Positions 39,958-54,300 of a stretch of 64,000 nucleotides of DNA are shown here, piece by piece. The notes under the pieces are model-generated. The model saw only the letters and a program-made list of their open reading frames with translations, was not told the DNA's origin and did not search any database. Position 1 is the stretch's first letter; each line of letters opens with the position of its first letter. The position numbers and the translations under genes were made by a program. This DNA is from Paraspadella gotoi (lineage: Eukaryota; Animalia; Chaetognatha): contig CM119269.1 in NCBI GenBank assembly GCA_051294375.1, forward strand, positions 6,247,919-6,311,918. The letters are read 5' to 3'.

Positions 39958-41183
39958 ACTTTAGGCTAAAGAGTTGTTTAATTAAAAAATGTTTTGAAAG
40001 TCCCGTAAATGTTTCGTTGTAGTTTAGACTTTTACGAAATATTTATTAAATGTTTACTTGGATATTAAATTTTGATTGTAACAGAGAAAGAAACTAAAAT
40101 TTTCACTAACTGAAATGAAATTATTAAAAATCAGATAATTTACTTAAATGGTTTCTCGTAAAGTGGCAAATAAGTTCAGCTTTTAACTTACAAAAAAAAT
40201 AGTACCCATTTTTTAAAAAAATTTTTACTAACAAACATTGTTTAGTTAGATTGACTATAGGAAGTATATCGTTTAAATGGAAGAGGAAGAGAGATATGTG
40301 TGGTTATAATACAATACACAACTTATAAAATTAAAGCACTTTTAGACAAAAAGATAAAAATTTTAGTGCTTGGAAACACTAGGTTCCTTTAACTTTTGTA
40401 GTTTTGTTGCAATTGTTGGTTGTTCGAGCTCTAGCAAAAAGCATGAAAAGCCGGTTTTGATCTTCCGTGGTCAAGGCGACATGCCGGATGAGGTCTTTTG
40501 TTCAGTTCTGGAGCGGAGGGAGGGAGCTCGTTGCATCATCGCTAGAGAGAAAAGGAGCTCGCCTACCGGAGAAGTGCTAGCTCTGCACAATTTCCATAGA
40601 CATCTTTGTTCTTAGTCAATCGTAAAACCCGCTAGTACCACGTTTCTTGGAACCGACTGCGCCTAAAAATTTTTTTTCTAAGAATCTGATCTGTTGGGAT
40701 TATTATTTTCTAATAAGCTTAAAATTTGTTGAAAAACTGGATAAAAAAATAATTAATTATGACTCGATCACTTTTTTGTAAATACGGAATTTGAGCAGTA
40801 TTTTAAATTCGGTTACAACTGACTCAAAGAAATAATTTTAAAATTTTGTAGTTTTTAAATCCAAGCAGGTAAAATTTTAATTTCGCCAACCGGGTTTTGA
40901 CGTTTTTTAAAATACTTCGTTTTTTAAAAAAATTTAAAAAATTATTACCCATTTACCCTAACCCTAAATCCTGTAAACCTTACCACCGCTAATCTTAAAC
41001 TACCCCTAAACTACTATAATCATCTCTTACACTACCCATAACCACCCCTAACCCCTGGCGGCGAAAGTAAAATTATGCCTCCAAGCAAATTCCTAAAATT
41101 TTAAAAACGTGGTTTGAAACTTTATCGTGGGTCTTGACACAAACTGCAATTCTTTTCACAGAAGTGCAGTAAAGTAATTCAAT

Positions 41184-42768
<1,585 letters not shown>

Positions 42769-43614
42769 ATCTAAAACTGCAACGATGGACAAAATGAAAT
42801 GATCACCAAGTTAACTGCTTTGCAGAAATATAAAATCCATGCTTCAATCAGTAATTAACTTTCTAGGTTTTGTGGAGGTCTATAATATTCAACAGTATTT
42901 ACCTCGTTACTGATTTGGCATAATTTTACTTTCGCCGACTGGGGTTGGGGTAATTAACAAATAATTTTTTTTTTTAAACGCCAAAACCCCGGTCGGCAAA
43001 AGTAAAATTTTACCTCTGATTTTTCCCTATTGCTATCCTTCATTAAGATCTCGATTAGAGAGCACCTTTTAGAATCTTCAGTTTCGAATATTATCAAGCA
43101 TATAAAAGTTATGTTTGCAAGTTGCATCATGCAACGTTCATTTTTGTTTTGGCGTGCTATCGTTCTTTGTTAAGATGGGATATGCATAGCAATGCTTGTC
43201 GGTCTATAGGTTTAAAATTATAAGACCTAATAAAGATGTGTTTGTTTTCAAAGAGAGGTGGAAATTGTTTTAAAAAAATATAAAAATACAATCGACCGAG
43301 ACTGCCATAATAATATTTGGCTTTTTATCTGATTCTCAGTATAGCTCATCGAGCTTCATAAAACATGCAATTTTTTTTCTATTTTAGAAGCTTAGTTTTT
43401 TGTTACTGGAACATAATAAAACGAAAATGTTATTAGACTGCTTCGAGCATGTACTTATTTTTCCATTTAATTGCATGCAAAATAAGTTAAATAAGTTAGT
43501 TAAATCTGTAAAACTCTTGTCCAAGGCTTATAATAGGGCCCATCTATATCAATGGAGTGGGTCAGAAGTTTGATTTGGGAATCTTCCCAAATGAAACTTC
43601 ATATATTTCTGAGA

Positions 43615-44370
43615 ACTTTCAATGGACCAACATTTTCTAAAATGGCTAGAAGCACTAGTAATTAATTCTTTAATATTTATGAATAGGAAATGTCAAATTT
43701 TTTTTTATTTTCAAAAGCAGATTCGGATATACATTGTGGATAAATATATATATCATCAATATTTTTTATGATAAGTGAGATAAAATTAGGAAAAACCTTA
43801 AAAAATCATCATCCGATCATTTTAGCAATTTTTGATAATTTTTGATAATTTTACTTTAAGCAAAGTTTGAAAATGATTACATCAACGATTTTATTTGTGT
43901 ACGTTGATGTAATCATTTTCAAACTTTGCTTAAATCTCTAAACTCAACGAAGCTGAAAGGATTAATACAATGGCTGCTAATTTTACATAATAAAATATCA
44001 AAATTTTAAAAGGTAAATTACATTTTTTGCTTAACTATTTGAGCTTTCAGAATCAATTAAAAAAACTTAATATAAAAAAAAATATTTGACATTATATAGC
44101 ATTCTGTGAATAGCATAAAAAGTCTATAAATTTTAAATATGTCTGAATTCTTAGTAGATAAGTACGCAAAAACGTTAAAGGATTTAAGAATAAATTCAGA
44201 ATTCAAAAAAAATATTTGACATTATATAGCAATATAATAAGTTTAATCAACGAATTACTTATGGTTCGGAACATTTTTGCAAAAAAATATTTTAAAACTA
44301 ACTAATACCAATAATAGATTTGTTTGATGCTGTTCCCATTAAAATTTGAATTTGGTCGGCTACCGCTACT
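43615..44370. mobile_element. interspersed repeat; second copy ~46983-47525 in a DDX21 intron; ~100-bp piece near-identical at ~41567-41670
   Basis: Shared AACTTTCAATGGACCAAA, TGGCTAGAAGCA, ATGGTTCGGAACATTTTTGC, TTTGGTCGGCTACCG. Confidence 0.75.
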
Positions 44371-44626
44371 AGATAATTATTATTATCAATTTAAGGAGCG
44401 CTGTAGATTTATTTTAGTTAGAATTTCGCTTCTACCGTTTTACTTTGTTTCCTTCTAAACTTCAAGGATAGCTTTAAGAACCTGTTCTGTATTCAGTATT
44501 CAAATTTTTAGCTGACTAATTTGGTAATAATTAAAAATTAGTAATTCTGGAACTAAGTATATTTTAAATACAACAAAACGGGTTATCACCGATCAAGTCC
44601 ACAATTCTCAAAAACTAGTCTGAAAT

Positions 44627-47600
44627 TTAAAACGAAATTTTTCTTTTCGGCGCTCCACCCCGAGAAACAAAGCTTCCCCTTCCTCCGAACGATCGGTTAA
44701 ATCCACCTGACGTAGGAAAAATTGTTTGATTAGAATGATCTCATATTTCGTTGCCAAGTATTCTGATTTTAACCATATTTATTTACCACGATTCTGCCTA
44801 AATCCGCCGCCGCCTCCTCCACGGCCAAAACCGTATCCACGACCGGCCCCAAAGCGCTGCGCCTCCTGCAGCGCCGGAATCTCTTGACAGACTTCGATCC
44901 ACTCGCGATGGTCGCTGTTGAAAGATTCCAGGACCTACGAAAAAAGAATTTGGCTCAATTGTAACTAAAAATCCACTATCTTGGGGTTAAAAAGGAGACA
45001 GAGTTCCTTATTAAATCGGAAAATACGATATTGTACTCTGCACTAGCATGAGAATACAAGGAGCTTCCCGATATGAAATTGGTACAACCAATATATAACC
45101 CTCACCTTTTCCTTCTCCTCTGACGGGAGGTCAAACACTGCGCTGTCCCCGTTTTCGCTGAGCGAAAGACTAGAAATTCTTTCTTTCAATTCTGCGCCAA
45201 GTCGACCCTCGATGATTCGATAGACGAAACCTGAGCAAAAAATTGAAACCAAGCGTTACAAAAAGAATTCACTAAACATAATCTATTTTTCTTCCACTCA
45301 CCTTTAGTTCGGAATCCAGCCCTCCCGGTTATGATCATGGTGGTATGATTTTCGGCACCCGTCAACAGGGATCGTTGGCAAGTTTTGATGCCGCTGAGGG
45401 CGGCCAGTGCTGTCGCCAGGGCTTCACGGGCTCCCGACGATTCGATTAGCGTGTCGGCCGAATCGAGAAAAACGTCTCGAGCCTCGTCGCTTATTTCCTT
45501 TGGTAAAAAATCAGTTATATTATGATAATGATGTATTTTTCATTTTCATCACTTTATGATGTACTCTCCGACTCCTAACAGCTAACCTTTAGTGATTCTA
45601 AAATTTCGTCTTTCTTCAGATCCATCAACTCTTCCGCCTTTGGAGCTGGAGTTCGCGTAAAATTAACTTTGGCCGCTCGTTCCACCTACGAATGAACGAG
45701 AAACTGAGATTCTGGCAACAAGAACAAGTATCCTAAAATGAAAAATCACCTGTTTTAACTTCGACTCTTCGTTGGGTGCGTACAAGCAAATGCATACGCC
45801 CCTTCTCCCCGCCCTGCCCGTACGGCCGGAACGATGAATATAAGAGTCGACATCCTGGCGACAAAAAAAAATAATCATTTAGTTTAACTTTTTATTTTTC
45901 AAAACAGAATTAAACAAAACGTTCATTACCCCAGGTGGTGAACACTGGATGACCATGTCGACCTCTGGAACGTCCAATCCTCTGGCGGCAACGTCAGTGG
46001 CGACGAGACACTGACATCTTCCTTCGCGGAAATCCCGCATAACTCGTTCCCTCTGATCCTGTGGGACATCGCCGCTCAGCATCTGACGCGGGAACGTCAG
46101 CAGCGGAGACGTGGCGAGCGACGCACATTCCGCCTTCGTCTGAATTAAATTCGGGAAAATTCGATCGAGATTTAAATTGGGTTGATTAACGTCCTAAAAA
46201 TTTCGACCTCATTCTTACCTGACAGAAAACCATTGCACGAGCTTCTTTTCTTCCTGCGACGCCCCCATACTTTCGAAGAAGAACGTCGATTATTCCTGAA
46301 CGAAGTTAATACCAAATTAGAGCGAAATTTTCAGAATAATAAACGATTTTTTTTCATTCCGATTTTTCCTAACCTGGTCTTGCCGTAGTGACGCATCGAA
46401 CGGCTAAGTGATCAACTGTAGTGGAAGTCTGATTCCCTTGATTGCCGACCAGGTCCACTTCCTCCAGATTGGATGTCTCTAGATACTTGTTAGCGATGTT
46501 GCGCACCCACGATGGAACAGTGGCGCTAAACAACAGCGTCTGGGGTTTTTTTCCGTCGGAGCGTGCTTCCAAATCGTAGGCTAAAGAAAGTATAAATTAT
46601 ATGATTTTAATTATGATTCTTTAATCTTTTTTATCATCATTTTCTTTCTTTCTAACCAGATTTCAATATGTTCTCTACATCGTCGGCGAAGCCCATGTCC
46701 AACATGCGGTCAACTTCGTCCAGAACGACGTACTCCAGTTGAGAGAGGTTGAGGACGTTCGGCCCCGTTTTGCTCAGGTGGTCCAAGATGCGGCCGGGAG
46801 TTCCGACGAGAATGTCGATGCCCCGACGAATTTCACCGAACTGAAAGAATTCTTATTTAATAGAAACTTATGAATACTTTGAGCATTAAAAATATCATTT
46901 TATCAGTTAATCATAACCTGTCAATTTAATAAAACCCAGAATCGTAGACTGAAGGGTCTTCAATCTCGACTGATACGAAAAAACTTTCAATGGACCAAAT
47001 TTTTTTTAAATGGCTAGAAGCATTATTAACTAATTTTTTAGTATTTATTTATAGATAGGAAATGTAAAAATATTTTTTTGGAATTTTGTATTTTTAAAAG
47101 CAGATACAAATAGATTATAAAAATACAAAGTCTAGTTCTTTTTTCAATATTTTAATAAGTGGGTCAAAATTGAAAAAACCTGAAAAAATCATCCTCATCA
47201 TCCGTTGATTTTAATAGTTTTTGCTCATTTTCAGTAATAAATCATCAAAATTTTAAAAAGTTGTAATTACATTTTTGCTTAACTTTTGAGCTATATCAGA
47301 ATCAATAAAAAAACAACTTTAAATATCCCCAAAATTTTTTTACATTATATAGCAAAATAATAATTTTAATTAGCGAATTACTCATGGTTCGGAACATTTT
47401 TGCAAAAAAAAATATTTTAACACAATAACTAATACTACTAATAATAATATTATAATATAATAATAATAATAATGGATTCGTTTAATACTGTTCCCATTAA
47501 AATTTTAATTTGGTCGGCTACCGTTATTTTCATGCTTCATTTTTATGAAGATATAATAATATATAAATAATAAGATACTGTAGTAAATGTATCACGTGCC

Positions 47601-48929
47601 AGAATAATTTTTTTCTTTTTATAATATGAATAATACTTGATAATAATCATCAAGTTTTCCCTTTAAAAATGTATTAAAAATAAAAATTTCAGCTTGGGGA
47701 AAAAAGTTACAAAAAACGACTTTGTTAATAAATAAGTTACCATAGTAAATAAGTTAGGTTTTACTTTAGAATTTTTTTGAATAATAAAAAATCACCAAAC
47801 TGACTTATCACCAATTTTTTTTTATTAGATAACTTCACACGCAGCGTTATTATTTGTTAAATTGTTAAAAACTGTTAAAATTTTGACGAAAAAAAAAAGA
47901 AGAAAAGTGACTCCACGCTTGAGAGCCACTGTGATTATACTATTAGGAAATTTTAAGATTTTTTTAGGTCAATATAAACGTCAAGTAGTTTTTTAACTAA
48001 TAAATGTTATAAAAATAATATACAATAAAGAATTACGAGCTTAATCAAATCTTTTCGTATCAGTCCAGATTGAAGACCCTGTACCTACTGATAATTAATT
48101 AACCCCCTAATCACCTGCGTTCCGTAGGCGGTTCCACCGTAGAAGCAGGTTGCGCGGGCAGAGGTGGCGATGGAGGCGAAATCGTCGCCGATCTGTTTGG
48201 CCAACTCTCTCGTCGGAGAGAGAACGAGAGCACGGGGAGCTCGTCCGTAGGTGCTGTTTGGGTTAGCCTGGAGAGGAATGGAACACTGGGTTGAACAGTC
48301 TTATTTACAATAAAAATATCTTAAAATCAATTCCTTCCAACCTGAATTCGCTCCACCAGCGGAATGGCAAAGGCCAATGTTTTGCCCGAGCCAGTTCTGG
48401 CCTTTACCACGATGTCGTGACCCGCCAGGCAATTGGACAAAGTCAAGTACTGAACCGGAAACAGTCGGTTGATCCCGCGCGCCTGCAGTTTGAAGAGGAT
48501 TGAGCTGGAAATGTTGAAGTTGGAAAATTGGCCAGCCTTTTCTTCGGGCGTTAGAGCGGGAGGGGCAGATTCTTTATCGTCGGAATCGGTCAAGGAAGAC
48601 GCCGTCGACGAAGGTGACGACATCGCCATGGGCGTCGACGACGTTGCTTCCTTGTCTTTCTTCTTTTTCTTGGCCTTGGGCGTAGTTTCCGGCGAAGAAA
48701 GTTCCGCAGGTTTGTCTCTCTTCAACCTCTTGGCCGGTTTTTCAACTTTTGCTTCGACCTCGCCAGATTTGCGCTTCTTTTTCTTCTCTCCGCCATCCGC
48801 GGAAGCGATGGAGTCATCGGCGGTCCCATCAGTGATCTTCTCCTTTTTCTTCTTCTTTACTTTGACGTCGGTGCCGTGAGAATCGGAAACTATGTCGATT
48901 TTTAATTTGGAATCCGAGTCTGGCTTCAT
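44627..48929 (-). CDS. DDX21: nucleolar RNA helicase 2 (DDX21/DDX50 family)
   Basis: Lys-rich N-terminus; [77 protein letters not shown]-like RSLLTG, RGG tail. Confidence 0.93.
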
Positions 48930-49350
48930 TTTATCTTAAAATAAAAAATTAGGGTACTTTATTATTCGACGTCCGCAACCAACCTTAGGCACCACCATTT
49001 AATTTTGTTTTCCCTCAAGCGTCGAGTCTCAGTTTGCGCAATAATATACATTTTTTTGTTAAGTATTATAAATTTGGCTAAATTTTTCTTTCGCCGACCG
49101 CGGTTATGGCGGCTTTTAAAAAACATTTAACAATATTTATTTTTAAAAAAACAAATTATTTAAGTACCCTAACCCTTAACCACCCCTAATCCTAAACCAC
49201 CCATAAATCACCCTTAACCATAACCCCGGTCGGCGAAAGTAAAAGTAACCCATAAATTTTATAATTTTATAATAAATAATAATTTATTAAAATTTATTTT
49301 GTTTGAGGTAGAAAATGAATTGTTTACGTACGAGTTTTTCATAAAGAAAC

Positions 49351-49973
49351 TATGGTGGACTAAAATCCACCAACCGTTCATCAGCGGCCATTGGTGCCGG
49401 AGGCAAGTCATTCGCCTTCCAACCCAAAGGTCCGTTGGTCGCCTAGCAGTTAAGAGGGACGGGGCGCTTAACCCGCCTGTAACTGTTACAGCCTGATCCG
49501 AAGCTCAGGGACTGCTTATATTGAACGGTTCTGTCACTCACACAAAATAATTACTTTCATTGGTGAGCCCGACTTCCGTACACAACAGCAACAACACTTT
49601 CAGGCGACATGCCTCAACCTGGCGATGCTCTTTCCGCCCACAACACATCAGGCGACATGCCTCAACTTGGTGATGAACTTTCCACCAACAATAATTCACT
49701 GAAGAGACGCAAAAGACTTCTCCCTATGGGAGGGGGGGCATGTAAGGTGGACTAAAATCCACCAACCGGTCATCAGCGGCCATTGGTGCCGGAGGCAAGT
49801 CATTCGCCTCCCAACCCAAAGGTCCGGTGGTCGCCTAGCAGTTAAGAGGGACAGGGCGCTTAACCCGCCTGTAACTCGGTGTTACAGCCTGATCCGAAGC
49901 TCAGGGACTGCTTAATAATGCTTATATTGAACGGTTCTGTCACTAACACATAATAATAATTACTGTCTCTTCA
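49351..49973 (+). mobile_element. TRIM (miniature non-autonomous LTR retrotransposon)
   Basis: LTRs 49351-49559 and 49741-49973 (3' LTR TG...CA; 5' LTR starts TA, ends CA), PBS-like TGGTGAGCCCG at 49561, PPT GGGAGGGGGGG at 49728-49738, AAAC TSD on both sides, 181-bp non-coding interior. Confidence 0.88.
49445..49516 (+). ncRNA. twister-like ribozyme motif (P5 permutation) in the 5' LTR; second copy 49837-49912
   Basis: AGCAGTT-AA-GAGG-GA-CGGG-GCGCT-TAA-CCC-GC-[CTGTAAC/GTTACAG]-[CCTGA-TCCGAAGC-TCAGG]-GACTGCT maps onto twister P5/P2/T1/UAA/T2/P3/P4; P2 is imperfect and P1 minimal. Confidence 0.6.
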
Positions 49974-49975
49974 AA

Positions 49976-50160
49976 ACATAAATTTCGGACATGTTTCAGC
50001 TTCAATGTAAGCCTTCATCAGCGCAAAAACGAATTGATTTGTAAAACAAATATTTTTACAGACTCTTTCAAAGTCTGTAAAAATATTTGTTTCACAAATC
50101 AATTGGTTTTAGCGCTGATGAAGGTTTACATTGAAGCCTAAAAATGGCCGAAATTTATGT
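49976..50160. mobile_element. Penelope-like inverted repeat with a minimal hammerhead ribozyme motif on each arm
   Basis: Minus arm CTGATGA-A-GGCTT-ACATTG-AAGCT-GAAA-CATGTC; plus arm decayed CTGATGA-A-GGTTT-ACATTG-AAGCC-TAAA-AATGGC; ~88-bp arms. Confidence 0.75.
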
Positions 50161-50319
50161 AAGTCGCTCATAAGAAGCGAAAAAAAATAACCGACCGCAA
50201 AATCCCGGTCGGCGAATGTAAAAATAAGCCAAAATTTAAATGAATAATAATAATGAATTAATAATATTAAAGTTATAAAATTTTCGATTTTTCTTAGACG
50301 ACAAAATTCTTTTACTCAC

Positions 50320-50700
50320 CTATTTCTACTGCGACCGTGACTTGATCCTGTTCCGGGCACGTGGTGATTTTTTTCTTTTTTAATTTTTTTATTTTTCCAG
50401 AATCGGTTAGCTTCATATTTTCTTTTACAGACTCTACCAGTCCAGGCATCTTAACTTTCGACGCGGAAAATTAGAATTACCCGGTTTTCTTTCGCCAAAA
50501 ACAAGCGTGGCAACTAAAAGCTAATAAGAATAAACAATAACTGAATAAGGCGAGGCGAGGCGAAACCCCCAATGAATGAAAGGGAAGAAGCCAAACTCAT
50601 TTCGTTTTCTTCACCAGATTTTTCGAAGAAAAGAGCAACGGGTTCTCCTGCATCCCGGATACTAGCAGCAGCAGCAGCAGCACGAAAGCTCGTTGTTTTG
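50320..50700. promoter_or_regulatory. probable bidirectional promoter / 5' UTR region of DDX21 and GOLGA1
   Basis: Between divergent genes; minus-strand donor AG|GTGAGT at ~50319 can pair with the acceptor 5 nt upstream of the DDX21 ATG; CACGTG and CCGGAA motifs. Confidence 0.45.
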
Positions 50701-51336
50701 GCTTCGATCTTACATCGAAATTCTTAATTTGTCCTTGACGCTAATTAATTACCTAACTTACGCCTAATTGATTGACATCAAAATTTTATTTATCTTAAAA
50801 CGTTTTCGACAATCGCCAATCTGCAATGACGTTGCAACGATTCCGCCCGCGACCACCAGCGCCGAGGGAAGATGCGCGGCGCTGCGTCGACCGATACTTG
50901 GACGCGGCGGAGGCGACTCCGCTGCCGCCGCTCCGATGCCCACAACCACGACGACGACGATGATAACGACGATTGTGCTTTTTTAATTTTCCTTTGTCAC
51001 TTTTGATTTTATTTTGGCGTCACCTCGAAAGGGGGTAAGGCGTCCTGGGGGTGATTACGACGCCATTGGATCTCACCTTTCCGATCAATTCTTTGAAGAA
51101 TCGTCTGTCATGAGGTTTTATCTTACCATCAGATGATCGGCGACATTTTGTTGGCATAAATCGGCCGCCATTAAGCCTCTGCGCAGCGTCGCGAGAGAGA
51201 TAAGGAGAGCAAGAGAAAATTTTGAAAACATCAGGGAAATAATTGATATCGAGCTGCAGGATGCTTCGTCTTTCCAGCGACGATCGATGTTTATTGATAC
51301 GGTGAAGGCGATCGTACCCACGCTCGCGGCGAAGTA

Positions 51337-54300
51337 ATGTTCGCCAAACTGAAAAACGAAAAGCTGGGAGGCGCCCCCGCCAACGTCCCTGGGCCCGCCA
51401 ACAGCAGTATTATTGACGAGGGCGCCGAGCACGACGGTCCGCGTGATGTCGGTAACCAAATAAGGGTTGGCGGGGCATCCATAAAATTATTATTTGTAAA
51501 TGAATCGAGGCGTTGAGATCCGGTTTTTTTCTAACGTAGTTAAAATTTAGAAGCATTTAATGGTTAGGCTCGGAAGCGGTCGTCAACGGGAGCGAGAAAC
51601 CGACGAACGTGAAAGATGTGGCGTTCCTTCAAACGAAGCTCAACGATCTCTTGGGCCGGATGAAGACGTTGAAGAAGGAAAAGGAAGTCGCAGAAGCCAC
51701 CGTAAAGTCCTCCGCCTTGCAGTACGAAGAGAGGTGAGGACAAAAGCGCCGTCTCTGTAAAATTCGGATCGCCGCCAATCTTTGATGCAATCTCAGGTTG
51801 GAGACCTTAAAGAAAGAGCACCTGGCCAAGCGGGACGAAGTCAGGGAGAGTTTCAGCCTCTCTCTCAGACAAAGTCAACTTGAGAAGGAGGAACTCCGCA
51901 CAAAATTGGAAGAGAGCGAAAAACTCAGGTACGGGTGGAGGTTTCGGGGGGGGGGTCAATAGGATAGATTCTTTGCTTCCTCGTCAAACTCTCTCTTCCT
52001 ATCGCCAGGAAGAAAATTCAAAAACGCGACGAAGATTCGGACGAATTGAAGGATTTTCAAAATCAAGAACTTGCTAAGGTCAAGCACATGCTGATCAACG
52101 CTCAAAACCAGGTGAATTTCTTTGTTCTGTATTTTATTTTTTTGCCAAGACGAAGCGTCTTTCACTTGACCGTCGCTGTTCTTTCAGGTCTCGGGTCTCC
52201 AAACCAAACTAAAGACGGAGACGGAGGCGGGCGAACGGGAGGCGCAGCGCGGACGGGAACTCGACCGCCAGTTGCGAGATGCTCAGGAATCGCTTCAGCT
52301 CAAAACCGTCCAGTTGAGGTTGTTTTAAATTAATTTAATGCGCGGCCACTCGGATATTAATTTTTTTTTTTGCGATTGATTAGATCTTTGGAGGAAAAAA
52401 GCACCGAGGATATCAACACTTTCACTTCAACTTTGAAAGACTTGAGAGCGGAAAAAACGTCTTTGCAAAATCAACTGCAACAAGTCAACGAACTTTTCGC
52501 TCAAAAGAGGACGGCTTTCTCCGCCCTCGAGGAAAAATTCACATCCCTAGAGGAAGATTACGTCCGGGACAAGAGAGCCGCCGAAATTTACAAACATGTT
52601 AGTTTTTTTCACACTTTATGATTTTAAAAGGATTTTTTTTCCAAAATAAAAAAAAACACAAAACTTTTTTGTAAGGATGCGGAATCGGAGAAGATCTCGC
52701 TCATGGATCAGATCGAACAGTTGCGCGAGAAGACTGAAACTCTGGAAAGCAGATTAGGCAGTTCCGAGTTAAGTGAGGACGAGCGAATCAAGGGTTAGTA
52801 TCTCGTTTCCACAATGTTTCTTAACACTGAGCGATTTATGAGTCTTCCTCAATATATCGCAGCTCTAGAAAGGGAGCGCATTACTTTGGAGCGACGATTG
52901 GACGAAAGCCGCGAGCAACTCACGGAGATCAAAACGTCGTGGAGCTCCAAGATAACTTCCCTCGAAAATCAAATCACTCACCTCAATCTGAAGCAGGTTG
53001 AGGACAACCAGGAATTGTCGGCCAAGGAAGAACAAATCGAGCAAATGCGTCTTAAGAACGACAGTCAGGTAAAATAGTATTTTTGGTTTGATTCCCGGGC
53101 CGAGTTTTGTTTCCAGTTTTCCATCCACCGTTCTTTGTTGCAGATAACCGAGCTAAAGGAAAAACTAGGCGCAGCCGAAAAACGCTCCGCCGACGCCGCT
53201 ATCGCCGCCCAAGAGTCCGAGTTGAAGTTCGAGCAAAAATTATCTCAATCGCGTCTCGAGGGAGAATCGTTCGAGGCCGAGTTCATTCGAGTGAAGGAAG
53301 AGAACGAAGATCTGAAATCACGGGCGACCCAATTGGAGGAGAGATGCGCCTCTATCGAATCAGCTTCTCTCGATTTGGAGTTGTCCTTCGAGGAAAAGAA
53401 GAAAGAAGCGAGAGAAACAACGGAGACATTGGAAGCGACCATCGCCGATTTGCGCGCCGAGAAGGAAACCGCAGTCGTTAAGTTGAAGGAAAGCAAAGAA
53501 AAGTACGAAAAGGATGTGATCGGCGTTCGAGAAAATCTTTACCGTCAAGCGGCCGACAACGAAAAAGCCGCCAACACGTCAAAGGAAGAATTACGCCTCA
53601 GTCGCGAAACGATTTCTCGGTTAGAAGAAGAATTGAAAAAAACAAAAATCAGGATGGAAGAACTCGGGTCTGCCAACGAACTTCTCGCCGGCGAAAAGGA
53701 TCGTTTGACGTCAGAATCCGAGTCTTTACTTCAGAGATTGCGGCAGATGGAAGAGGAGATTGGGCAGGCGTCGCGGAGGCTTCCCGCGAATGACGACCAC
53801 TCCGTTGACGATTTGAGATCACGTTTAGCTGATGCCCAGGACGAGTTGACACGATTGCGACAGAATGAGAAAAAACTCGCCTCCGAAGTTTCCTTGGAGC
53901 GTAAAGAGAAAGACTCTCTTTTGCTGCGGAACGCCGAGTTGTCGCACAACGCTACGGCGTTCAAAGCTCAGCTCGACGCCGTTAACGGCGCTGCCGGTTC
54001 CGGCTCCTCGGCGAGCACTTCGACGACGGATTTAAAAGAAGCCGCGGAGGAGATCGGCGTCTCTGACAAGTCCGATACCATCGAAGATCTGCATAATCAG
54101 TTGGCGGAGAAAAACAAGACGGTCAAATTGCAGCAGCAGCGAATCGCCGACCTCAAGAAAACATTGCAAAGAGAATTAAAGTTGCAAACGGGTGTCAACA
54201 GTCTCTCGGTGGCTCAGGGGTAAATAAAAATTCATAAATTAAATACCGCCACAAAACCATTTTTTATCGAATGATCGTTAAGTGGGTTGTGTGGCGTTAT

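Noticed and set aside
48930-48950. Acceptor 5 nt upstream of the DDX21 ATG as a trans-splice site
   Set aside because: A good cis donor (AG|GTGAGT, minus strand ~50319) exists upstream, so an ordinary 5' UTR intron suffices.
49372-49440. Minus-strand CTGATGA in the TRIM LTR as a hammerhead
   Set aside because: No GAAA at the other side of stem II in any permutation.
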